The notes under the pieces were generated by a model. That model was not told the origin of the DNA, made no database searches, and saw nothing but the letters and a program-made list of their open reading frames with translations. The translations under genes were made by a program, and so were the position numbers. Positions 48,735-58,163 of a stretch of 64,000 nt of DNA are shown piece by piece (positions within the stretch are counted from its first letter, which is position 1; each line of letters opens with the position of its first letter). Source of the stretch: an uncultured Armatimonadetes bacterium (GTDB lineage: Bacteria > Armatimonadota > UBA5829 > DTJY01); assembly GCA_963717145.1 (NCBI GenBank), contig OY970325.1, positions 4,928,001 to 4,992,000 of the forward strand, given 5' to 3'.

Positions 48735-49484
48735 CTAGTTAGCCACGATGATGTCGGTGAGTTCCTGAATGCTTGTCTGATCCCTCGGCACGTCCAGGAC
48801 CTGGCGTCCGTGACTCAGCACCACGAAGCGGTCGCACGTCTTGTAGCCATGGTACATGTTGTGCGTTACCAGGACGCTGGAGATGCCTTCGTGCTTGAGT
48901 TGAAGTATATAGTCAAGCGTCTTCTCGGTCTCGCGCACCGACAGCGCGCTGGTCGGCTCGTCGAGCAGCAGTATCTTGTTCTTGAAGTAGACAGCTCTCG
49001 CCAGCGCCACGGCCTGCTTCTGCCCGCCGGACAGCCCCTTGACGATCTGGTCCGGAGAAGTGATGCCGGATATCCCGACCGTGTGCTCGAGCACCTGCAT
49101 CGCCTTCGCCCTCATGCTCTTGATGTTCATGAAGCCCAGCGGGCCGGTTTCCTCGCGTCCCAGGAAGATGTTGCGCATGATATCCATCTGGTCCACGAGC
49201 GCGATGTCCTGGTAGATCGTCTCGATACCCAGGTTGTAGGAGTCGCGCCTCGACGTGATGCGGACTTCCTTGCCCATATGGATGAACTTGCCCTCGGTGG
49301 GTTCCACAACACCGGAGAGGATCTTGATGAGCGTAGACTTGCCAGCGCCGTTGTCTCCCAGCAGTCCCACTACCTCGCCCGGAGCGATGTGGAAGTCAAT
49401 GCTCTCCAGCGCGGTCACGGCGCCGTAGCACTTGGTCATACCGCGAAGCTCAACGAGCCAATGCGTGTCTGAGGACTGCTCCAT
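48735..49484 (-). CDS. Monosaccharide ABC transporter ATP-binding protein
   Basis: GDNGAGKST, LSGGQKQ, LLDEPT. Confidence 0.93.
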   Translation of the reverse strand: MEQSSDTHWLVELRGMTKCYGAVTALESIDFHIAPGEVVGLLGDNGAGKSTLIKILSGVVEPTEGKFIHMGKEVRITSRRDSYNLGIETIYQDIALVDQMDIMRNIFLGREETGPLGFMNIKSMRAKAMQVLEHTVGISGITSPDQIVKGLSGGQKQAVALARAVYFKNKILLLDEPTSALSVRETEKTLDYILQLKHEGISSVLVTHNMYHGYKTCDRFVVLSHGRQVLDVPRDQTSIQELTDIIVAN

Positions 49485-49485
49485 A

Positions 49486-50454
49486 CTAACCTCTCTCTTT
49501 CTTGGTCAGCCGGTTGAAGATAACGGCGATGACGATGAGAATGCCCATGAACATGTCCAGGTAGAACCCCGGCGCCCTGAGGAGCAGCAGCACGTTCTGA
49601 ATGGCGAAGAGAAGCGCCGTGCCGAGCAGGATGCCGAGCACGCTGCCTTCACCGCCGGTCAGACTCAAGCCACCGATCACGCACGCCGCTATCGCCTGCA
49701 GCTCATATCCGCGCCCTTGGTCGGGCGATACTGAGTGCACCCGCGCGGTGCTGATCACCCCCGCAAAGGCTGCGAGAATGCCGACTATAACGAAGCAGAC
49801 CATCTTGACCCGGGCCGGGTAGACGCCAATCGCCCGGGCGGACTCCACGTTCCCACCGACGCTGAATATGTGGTTGCCCAGCTTGTGACGCTCCAGAAGC
49901 AGGTAGCCCAGAATCACTATGGCAATCGCCCAGATGAACTGGGCCTGGATCGGGCCGATGTTGCCGGCAAACAGCATCTCGAACGTTCCGCCCGGCGACA
50001 TGGACTCGGTCTGGCCGGCGGACACAATCTGCAGCATCCCGCGCCAGAACATCAATGCCCCGAGTGTGGCGATGAACGAGGGTATCTTCGCCTTGAGTGT
50101 GATAAGCCCATTGACCAACCCGATCAGTGCTCCCAAGCCCAGAGCGCACGCAACACCCGCCCACTCCGAGTAGTTGCACTGGTAGACCAGAGCCATCATG
50201 TAGGCCGTGAACGCGAAGTTGGAGCCCACAGACAGGTCGAACTCGCCCGCTATCATCAGAATTCCGACACCAACGGCCATTATCGCTATCGGTGAGAGCG
50301 ATCTCAGGAGCGTCTGGATGCTGGACATGCTGGTGTAAGCGAACCTGTCGGGGATGATCAGCGACGCGATGATGAAGGCGATCTGAGTCACGGCAAAGAC
50401 TATGACTATGTTGCCCGCCTTGTGGTTTCTAAGCGCTGCCCAAAGAGCCTTCAT
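49486..50454 (-). CDS. Monosaccharide ABC transporter permease (RbsC-type)
   Basis: GEFDLSVGS, IPSFIATLG, GGNVESARAIG, ELQAIAACVIGG. Confidence 0.93.
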   Translation of the reverse strand: MKALWAALRNHKAGNIVIVFAVTQIAFIIASLIIPDRFAYTSMSSIQTLLRSLSPIAIMAVGVGILMIAGEFDLSVGSNFAFTAYMMALVYQCNYSEWAGVACALGLGALIGLVNGLITLKAKIPSFIATLGALMFWRGMLQIVSAGQTESMSPGGTFEMLFAGNIGPIQAQFIWAIAIVILGYLLLERHKLGNHIFSVGGNVESARAIGVYPARVKMVCFVIVGILAAFAGVISTARVHSVSPDQGRGYELQAIAACVIGGLSLTGGEGSVLGILLGTALLFAIQNVLLLLRAPGFYLDMFMGILIVIAVIFNRLTKKERG

Positions 50455-50468
50455 TGGTTCACCATGCC

Positions 50469-51506
50469 TTATCTGACGCTGTCCGCGAGATCGACCACTC
50501 TGCTGACGTTGGTGGTATCCACGACTCCGCCGCCCGTGTTGATATCGCAGGGCAGCAGGCCGTACTTGCGGTTGTAGTAGAGTTCTGTTATGGACATGTA
50601 GCCCTGGTAGAACGGCTGCTGGTCGACTGTGGCTATCGACTTGCCGCTGATGATGTTCATCGCTATCCGGCGGGTAATGTCGAACCCCGCATTTGGTATG
50701 TTGAGCCCCACGTCTTTGATGGCCTGTGGAGTGACCTCCATCGGCATTCCGCCCATCGCCAACACCGCGGACGTGTCCTTGTGTCCGAGCAGATACTGCG
50801 TGAGCTTGTTGAGCGTGTCCTCCAGGGAGATTCCGCCGGTGTTCAGCACTTCCGACCGGATGCCGATCTCCTTGAAGGCCCGACTCGCCCCCGCATAGCG
50901 CTGGACCGCATACACGGCCTCGGGATACTCCACGGGACAGACTACCTTGTTGCCTTTCTCGAGCTTTCCATCGGCGATCAGCCGCTTGGCAATGATGTAG
51001 CCGGCCGCCTCCATGTCCTGGCCGATGTACGCCATGCGGGCATTGCCCTTGCCGCGCCTGGTGTCGTCGATGTTGAACGCGACGACCGGTACGCCCGACT
51101 GCACGGCCCTCTTGATGACCGCGTCATACGCGTCGTCCTGGTTGATCGAGAACGCGATGCCATCGACCCTGTTGGAGATGGCTGTCTCGAGAATGTTGTT
51201 TTGTCTGGCGGCATCGTTATCGGCGAACTGGATGTCTACACTGCAGCCGAGCTTTTGCGCCGCCTCATTCGCGCCGGCGACGACCTTAGCGAAGAAAGGG
51301 TTGCCGGCGGTACCGTAGATCACGAGAGTGAACCTGTAGTTCCCGCCGGAGCCGGGCTCCGCGCGCTTCCCGGCCGATGCCCCGCTGGTAACCGCATTCG
51401 CGCCCCCTTCCGCCTCCGCCTTGCGCCTGGCATTGCGATCACATGAAGTCAGCGCGCCCAACGTGACGGTCAGTGCCAGGAGTGAGAGAATAAGCCTTGT
51501 TCTCAC
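50469..51506 (-). CDS. Sugar ABC transporter substrate-binding lipoprotein
   Basis: Lipobox LTSC; NPFF, GVPVVAFN, YIGQD, GFD, VDQQPFYQGY. Confidence 0.9.
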   Translation of the reverse strand: MRTRLILSLLALTVTLGALTSCDRNARRKAEAEGGANAVTSGASAGKRAEPGSGGNYRFTLVIYGTAGNPFFAKVVAGANEAAQKLGCSVDIQFADNDAARQNNILETAISNRVDGIAFSINQDDAYDAVIKRAVQSGVPVVAFNIDDTRRGKGNARMAYIGQDMEAAGYIIAKRLIADGKLEKGNKVVCPVEYPEAVYAVQRYAGASRAFKEIGIRSEVLNTGGISLEDTLNKLTQYLLGHKDTSAVLAMGGMPMEVTPQAIKDVGLNIPNAGFDITRRIAMNIISGKSIATVDQQPFYQGYMSITELYYNRKYGLLPCDINTGGGVVDTTNVSRVVDLADSVR

Positions 51507-51520
51507 GGATAGTCCTCCGA

Positions 51521-52756
51521 TCACTTGCCAATCCTATCGATCATCTCATTGAGTCGCGTGCGGTAGTAGACGAAGTCCTCCCAACTCACATCGGGCGGGA
51601 TCAAATGGTCGCCAAACGGGATGTAGCCCCCCGACTTCAGTACCTCTTCGGCAGGCCTCAGGGCCGCGTCTATAGCCGTCCTGCCCTTGGCGATTTCTGC
51701 CTTGGGAATGCCGCCCATGATCTGCAACTCCGGATACTGCCGCCGGACCTTGACTATGTCCATCCCGCAATGCGCCTCGAACGGATACATCCCCGTCACA
51801 CCGACCTCCAGGTACAGCGGAATGAGTGCGTTGCAGTCACCGTCCGTGTCCAGCAGGATGATCTTCACTCCACGGGCATTCAGAAAGTCGATGATGCGCT
51901 TGTAGTAGGGCATCATGAACTCGCGCACGATCGACGGCGAGACCATCGGCCCTTTGCCGAAGCTGATGTCTTCCCAGAAGTGTATGTGATCCACCTCGAC
52001 CTGCGCAAGTACCTCTTCGAATATCGCAAGCCAGACCTCGGTGAACGTGTTCTGGATGTCGTGGACCAGCGCGGGATCGTCATAGTATAGCTCGAAGAGC
52101 TTCTCGTAGCCCATCAGATGGCTTGGCGTGCCGAACAGACCGAACGGATAGCCGCCGATCGCAAGCGGGTAGTCCCGGGTCCGATATTCGTTGACGAGGT
52201 CGCTCCAGTGGGCGGGGAAGCGGTCCTTGACATTTGAGAGGTTGAGTCGCTCGGACTTCAGTTTCTCCCAACCGGCCTTGTCTTTGATCGGCCAATCCAT
52301 GCCGGCGGGGATCGTCGCCTGCGCCTTGAGGAACTTGCGGGTCACTCCATCGATATCCGTGTAGGTCAGCGTGTCCTCGTCCTCAGCGACCGTCCCGCTT
52401 TCGAACATCGGGCAGAAGTGGAGGTTCACGTCCACCATCTGCTGGGTGGCGTCCAGGGCGAGGTGATCTCGCACATCCGTGTCCAGCGGGAAGCCCTGCG
52501 TCGGCCAGTACAGTCCCCCGGCCATCACGCCGATGCCGTTGGGAAGGACGGTCTTGCTCCGGCACGTCCACGCGGGAATATACAGCGAGGAGGTAGGCGT
52601 AGTGACCTGAGTGGGAAGCCTGGGGTAGTTGTGTTGAGGGAGGCCGGACTCATACCAGTTCTTTATGGTCTCGCCCCAGTAGCCGAACTCCCACTTGACA
52701 CTGTGGACATCCCTGTTGAAGCTCATGACCTCGAGGAATCGCTGTCTGAGGTTCAT
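51521..52756 (-). CDS. Uroporphyrinogen decarboxylase-family (UroD/MtaA-like) protein
   Basis: YDDPALVH, WEDISF..GPMVSP, DTDGD, GGIPK, GGYIPFGDHLIPPDVSWE. Confidence 0.82.
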   Translation of the reverse strand: MNLRQRFLEVMSFNRDVHSVKWEFGYWGETIKNWYESGLPQHNYPRLPTQVTTPTSSLYIPAWTCRSKTVLPNGIGVMAGGLYWPTQGFPLDTDVRDHLALDATQQMVDVNLHFCPMFESGTVAEDEDTLTYTDIDGVTRKFLKAQATIPAGMDWPIKDKAGWEKLKSERLNLSNVKDRFPAHWSDLVNEYRTRDYPLAIGGYPFGLFGTPSHLMGYEKLFELYYDDPALVHDIQNTFTEVWLAIFEEVLAQVEVDHIHFWEDISFGKGPMVSPSIVREFMMPYYKRIIDFLNARGVKIILLDTDGDCNALIPLYLEVGVTGMYPFEAHCGMDIVKVRRQYPELQIMGGIPKAEIAKGRTAIDAALRPAEEVLKSGGYIPFGDHLIPPDVSWEDFVYYRTRLNEMIDRIGK

Positions 52757-52862
52757 CCAAAGTCACTCCCTTAACCGCCTCGTTTGATTCCCTGTTCTCC
52801 TGCAGCCTGACGAACTCCTCCGGCGTCATGTTTCCAGGCGAGGTGCCGTTGCCGCCTGGAGT

Positions 52863-55661
52863 TCAAGGCCCATAGCTGGTGACAACGACCGCCTTTCCGG
52901 CTAATCCCTCTAGCTCGATAACCTCTCTGCCCGGGTCGAATCTCTTCCACGGCCGGCCGTTGACCGTCACGCTCCTGATCGGCTTTGCCTGCGGGTGACG
53001 GAATCGCAGAAGGATGCTCTTGGCCGGATTGCGACTCGGTATCTCGATGGTGGCGGTGATCTTTCCGTTGTCTACATCCGAGACGATTTCATACGCCAGA
53101 GTTCCAAAGTGGGTTGGAGCGTTCTTGACCGCAGATTCTCTTGCCCTGTTCCAGCCAGACCCGAGGTGTGGCCCGCGCGATCCACAGGGATCGGCCCTCC
53201 TCCATCACCAACATGTTGCGGAAGCGTTCGAGAAAGGCGGCTTCCTCGAAGATCTTGTCCGGCGGGCCGTGGACCGCGTGCTCATTGAAGATGTACCCGT
53301 CGTTTGGAAGGATATCGACGGCATAGCAGTTGAAGAACGAGCGGAGGAAGACCGGAATGTCATCGCCGGCCAGGTGCATATTCGCGGTGCGTTCCAGGCC
53401 ACCCTGATACTGCCAACCCGCCATGAACCAATCGCCCTTGGCTCGCTGGCCGACATACCGGTTCTCCAGGAGCAGCCTGTCCTCCAACACATCGAGGTAG
53501 CCCTGCACCCGCACATCGTCCGCGGGCAAGAGGCCCGCCGGGCTTATCAGCGCCGCCGCCGACTGGACCGTCTCCCAATACAGGGGTCCGACATGCTCGC
53601 CGGAACCATCGCGCTGCCATCCCCAGGCCCCAGTGCCCAACCCGCGCACGTAACATGCGAATGGAACGACCGAATGGAAGGTGCCGTCGCGCACCGGAAC
53701 CACCGGCGAGAGCGCGATGGACCGCTCCACTGCCGCGCGCAGGTCCTTGCGATACGCTTCCGCCTCGGCCATGAGTTTGGCGCCGCCATCGGGATCGACC
53801 ACGCTCAACGCAGCCGCCAGGCGCGAGATGGAGGCCCAGTAGTAGGCCTCGCACTCGTAGAACTGCATCCACAATCCACCGCTGTCCGGAGTCACCTGGA
53901 GCGCCGGCTGCAACCCCTTGCACCAGAGTCGGTCACCGCCCGGAACCAGCATTCGAAATCACTCGCCGTTGACGCAGCATCCATTCGGCGTTGGCCTTGA
54001 TCCGGGGCGCGGAGGCTCTCAGCCACTCGGTGTCGCCGGTCATCCAGTAGTGCTCGGTCAGGGCCAGACCGATGGATCCCGGGCCGAATGCATGGACTCC
54101 ATCCATCTGTCCGCCGGCGCCTTCGGGACCTACGGCGTGCGTCAGGCATCCGTGGCCTTCCGAGAAGAGTCCGTTGGGACGGTCAGGAAGCGCCCAGGGG
54201 TGATGACCGGCGGAGTTGGGATCCATCGGCAGGGAAACCCATTGGTCGAATCCGTCTTCGGCAGCCTTATGCGAGCCCATCAGGTCCAGCACCGCGAGGA
54301 TCATGTAGGTCTCCGCGCCGAGGATGCCGTAGGGATAATCGTCGAACCACAGCCGCCCGTTCTTCGGGTTCTTCTGCGCGTGCCGGAGGAGATGCCAGGC
54401 TCCCAGGTTCCATTGGGCCGTCAATCGCTCCGAAGGAACCTCCACCTGCATCGTCGGCTCGAATCCCGCCGGGGGCGTGGGATGCGGCGGCAGGTTGTCA
54501 CCACACATCGCGGTGACCGCGCCTTCCCAGGTCTGTTCTTCGCGGGCGCGGGTCTGCTCGCGGATGGTGGTCAGTTTCCTGGTCTCGAGTTCCTTGATGA
54601 ACGCCTTCGCGCTCGTGGCCTGCGAGGCCAGCGCAATGGGAGGCTGCGAGGGATCTCCGGGAGTGGACGCCAGGTTTGGAAGTCCGACGGACGAAGAATC
54701 CGTACTCGGGCGCAAGGATCGGACCGTTCTCCAGGTCCGCCGCCAGGAACGAGAAGTTGCCCGCCTTTGTCCACAGGGTGACGATGGTGCGCGCCACGTC
54801 GTCCGGTTGGGTCGTGAACGGCTGTTCCCTCCGCCACTTCGACGTGCCCATGTACAAGCAGGGAGAGCCTGTATGCCCCGGCGGCCGGAGCCCTTGCCGA
54901 CGGAATGCCACGAACTCGAGGTCCGCTACTCGAGGTACCTGCGTCGCCGTCCAGGGGGCGCAGTCCGGCCACGATGCCGTCATAGCTTTCGACCCGCCCG
55001 CTGTAGTCCTTCTTGGCGGTAGTCCGGTCGAACCCCCACTCGATCTCGACTGTCCATCTTCTTCCAGGTGTCGGCCACCAGTACTCGCACTGCGGGCACA
55101 TCGTATTCTGAGGCGTTCTTGTCGCCGACTACACTGACAACGATGCCGCAGGTGTTCTCATCCAGAGCATAGACGTAGGTCATTCCATCGCCGGACACCG
55201 TTGGCTTGACAGCCTGTTGGACGGAGATCAGGTTATTCCACCACGAGCTGGCAGAACCCTCGTTGTTCAGCGTCGCGACTGCCAATTCCTCGGGCGCGGG
55301 CCGGCGCTTGGCGTTGGCCGCCCAGGTCAACTCCAATTGTCTGCACCGGGCGAATTTCCTCCCAGAGCAATCCGCACAGAGCCTGCTTGATCGCCGGATC
55401 GTTCACGTCCACGGGCTTGTTCAGCGGCAGTTTGGCGTAACGCATGAGGGCAAGCCAGCTCTCCGGTGGATTGTCCTCTGCCTCACGGTCCGCACGGTAC
55501 TGATAGGCACTCGGCGCAATGTCGACAGGCTGTCCCGCAAGTCCGTCCAGATCACTCCCCGACTTCCTAACGTCCGACGATGCATCACCTTGAGTGACGA
55601 CGGTGATCAGCAGCGCAATGAGAACGATCGCGAATGTGCTCAATATCCCTCTACCTTCCAT
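52863..55661 (-). CDS. Large secreted six-hairpin glycosidase-like protein, several frameshifts
   Basis: ORFs 55233..55661, 54980..55336, 54571..55101, 54498..54983, 53933..54715 and 53089..53952 abut in sequence; ends ..VVVTSYGP* at 52863. Confidence 0.6.
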
Positions 55662-55749
55662 GTCAGCAATCCTTGGAGCTTGTCCCTACAGTAGTGGAAA
55701 GTGGCAGGTGACTTGCCAGTATTCTATGCCGCTTTCTCGAAGTTGTCAA
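55660..55749 (-). promoter_or_regulatory. sigma70 promoter TTGACA-N17-TAGAAT plus conserved leader (cassette copy 2)
   Basis: On the + strand, tgtcaa at 55744-55749 and attcta at 55721-55726. Confidence 0.8.
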
Positions 55750-55774
55750 AACCTTCCATCTGTTGGTAACATGA

Positions 55775-55803
55775 TTGACAGGCTGGGCTGCCAATGCTAT
55801 GCT
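55775..55803 (+). promoter_or_regulatory. Divergent sigma70 promoter TTGACA-N17-TATGCT
   Basis: TTGACA at 55775-55780, TATGCT at 55798-55803. Confidence 0.7.
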
Positions 55804-58163
55804 GCCTTCAGAAGCGAGCCCAGACAACTTCGCGCGCTACACGGCTGGTTGGACAGAACGCAGTGAAGAACCTTCTTGCTCATCGGAAGACAACAGGAAA
55901 CGCGCAGAGTGTTTACCATGCGGTCGCATTGATCCTTGTCGCCTGCGTGATCGCGCCGGAAGGATTGGCGCAGCCAATGAGTTCGAATCAATCGAGTAAC
56001 CAGGCAGCTTTGCATAGGGCCATCTCGGCAAAGATAGACGTCTACGGCGAGGCTGCGATGCGCCAGGTTAACGGCGCGAGCTATGAGTTCTTTGCCGATC
56101 TGATCCCACCGATCCGCTACGCCCGACTGGCAGGGTTCGAGCACTACCCGATAGTATTGGGCTTGCCCGGAGGAGAGCACAAGGCAAGGCTGGTCAGCAA
56201 CGGCAGCGCAATCAATGCTCGGGCAAACAGCGATGCCTGGCTGGACACAGGATTCCCCGTCACGTTCTCCCTGGGAGACGGGGCCGTTTTCGGTGGTGAC
56301 TTGGGGCGACTCGACGGCCCCCGCTACTCGCTCGGCTATCTTCCAATCGTGGAAACGGTCTATCGAGACGGAGGGTCGTCATACCGAGAAGAGGTGTTTG
56401 TGGGCGTCTCCGCCCCGTTCGGCGCGCACGTGGCGTGTGTTGTGCGATTCAGCCTGGCGGATGGTAAGAGCGGTAAGGTCATCGCCAAGGTCGGAGCGGA
56501 GGGAGAGATCGCACAGTCCGGGTCCCTGCTCACCGATCCCGGCGGGAAAGCTTTGGTCTGGTCCAGCGGCAACTGGAAATGGGACCAGAAAGCCCGCGAA
56601 ATGAGTGTTCGGATCACAGCCGGACGAGACGCTTACCTTGTGATTTTCACTCAGCCGGCTGAGTTCAAACCGAGTGACTCTCTCACCGCAGCCGCCTACC
56701 GAGGCGAGCGGACCAAGTGCGTTCGTTACTGGGACGAGAAACTGAAGACGGGCTGTCTTGTGGAGACCCCCGAGCTGCGTGTAAACCAATGCCTGAAGTC
56801 GCTGCAGATCGGAACTATGGTGCTCCGCAGGGGCGATACGATCTACTACAGCAACACGAATGTCTACCAGGCCCTCTGCGAAGCGGAATGCAGTGACTCC
56901 GCCCTGTCACTTCTGCTCTTCGGGCACGTGAAAGGCACGAGAGAAGTGCTCCCGTCACTGATGGAGTACCTCCAGCCGGGCATCGAGTTCCACGACATGG
57001 CGTTCAAGCTTCAGACACTCTCGCGCTACTACTGGCTCACCCGCGACGCGGACTTCATCCGCTCACAGAAACAGCATTGGACGGCGGCGCTGGACCGAAT
57101 CATGCAGGGCCGCGACCCGAAGACCGGTCTGCTTCCGCGTGAGGACTACTGCGGAGACATCAAGACCCCGATTTTCTCGCTCAACTCAAACGCCAGCAGT
57201 TGGCGTGGGCTGCGCGACTTTGCCGTGGTGCTCGAGGAGATCGGCGAGAAAGAACTGGCGGAGCGGGTCTCAAACGAAGCCAGGGAGTACCGCAGCTTCA
57301 TCCTGGACGCAGTGGAGAAGAGTGTGCGCAAGGACGTGGATCCTCCGTTCATGCCAATTGCCCTGTTTGGCGAAGAGGAACCTTATGAGGAGCTGACGGA
57401 GACACGGATGGGCAGCTACTGGGATCTGATGATCCCATATGTTCTCGGCTCAGGAGTGCTCGGCGATGATTCCGAGCAGACGGGCTGGGTGCTCGACTAC
57501 CTGCACAAGCGCGGTGGCATCTTTATGGGGATGATTCGTTTCCATGAGGCCACGACCGATGACCTCTACGGTCTCCGATATGTCCTGGCGCTGTTGAGGC
57601 GCGACGAAACCGAGCGAGCGCTGGTCTCATTCTACGGAAAGATGGCTCAGGGACTGACGCGGGACACGTACGTCGGAGGGGAGAGGGTCGAATTGAACCC
57701 GACCACTCCTTTTGGCCGTTGGGAGGACCAGCCGCCGAACAGCTCCAGCAACGCGCTCTGGCTGTGGAACCTACGGTACTTGATGGTACAGGACTGGGAC
57801 ATGGACGACGACGGCCGCCCTGACACGCTCCGGTTGATGTTTGCCACGCCGCAACGCTGGCTCGAAGACGGGAAGACCATCCGGCTGGAGCAAGTCCCGA
57901 CGGCATTCGGAGCAGTATCCATACGCATGACTTCGTATGTGAAACAGGGTGAAGTGCTTGCGGAGGTGACACTCCCCCAGTATGCTCCAAAGCGGACGCT
58001 TCTCCGTGCCCGCCTGCCGGATGGGTTGGTCGCCGCGTCAGCGCAGGTCGCCGGCAAGACAGTTGCGGTAGACGATCACGGCACCGTGGACATCACCGGC
58101 CTGGACGGGAGGGTGACTTTGCGGTTTGCGGTGAAACCGCGGAACGGACCGAATGCCGAATGA
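55794..58163 (+). CDS. Secreted six-hairpin glycosidase-like protein (true start likely ~100 bp downstream)
   Basis: YYWLTRDADF, GLLP, ATPQRWLEDGK..PTAFG; the annotated start overlaps the promoter. Confidence 0.65.
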   Translation: MLCCLQKRAQTTSRATRLVGQNAVKNLLAHRKTTGNAQSVYHAVALILVACVIAPEGLAQPMSSNQSSNQAALHRAISAKIDVYGEAAMRQVNGASYEFFADLIPPIRYARLAGFEHYPIVLGLPGGEHKARLVSNGSAINARANSDAWLDTGFPVTFSLGDGAVFGGDLGRLDGPRYSLGYLPIVETVYRDGGSSYREEVFVGVSAPFGAHVACVVRFSLADGKSGKVIAKVGAEGEIAQSGSLLTDPGGKALVWSSGNWKWDQKAREMSVRITAGRDAYLVIFTQPAEFKPSDSLTAAAYRGERTKCVRYWDEKLKTGCLVETPELRVNQCLKSLQIGTMVLRRGDTIYYSNTNVYQALCEAECSDSALSLLLFGHVKGTREVLPSLMEYLQPGIEFHDMAFKLQTLSRYYWLTRDADFIRSQKQHWTAALDRIMQGRDPKTGLLPREDYCGDIKTPIFSLNSNASSWRGLRDFAVVLEEIGEKELAERVSNEAREYRSFILDAVEKSVRKDVDPPFMPIALFGEEEPYEELTETRMGSYWDLMIPYVLGSGVLGDDSEQTGWVLDYLHKRGGIFMGMIRFHEATTDDLYGLRYVLALLRRDETERALVSFYGKMAQGLTRDTYVGGERVELNPTTPFGRWEDQPPNSSSNALWLWNLRYLMVQDWDMDDDGRPDTLRLMFATPQRWLEDGKTIRLEQVPTAFGAVSIRMTSYVKQGEVLAEVTLPQYAPKRTLLRARLPDGLVAASAQVAGKTVAVDDHGTVDITGLDGRVTLRFAVKPRNGPNAE

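Noticed and set aside
53014-54781. Long + strand ORFs (53014..54000, 53918..54781) and similar antisense ORFs such as 1936..2799, 47379..48455 and 50454..51446
   Set aside because: Shadow ORFs opposite well-supported genes in GC-rich DNA, with no recognisable motifs.
43657-55661. Programmed frameshifting in the two large split genes
   Set aside because: Multiple scattered single-base indels without slippery motifs; sequencing error or early pseudogenisation is simpler.
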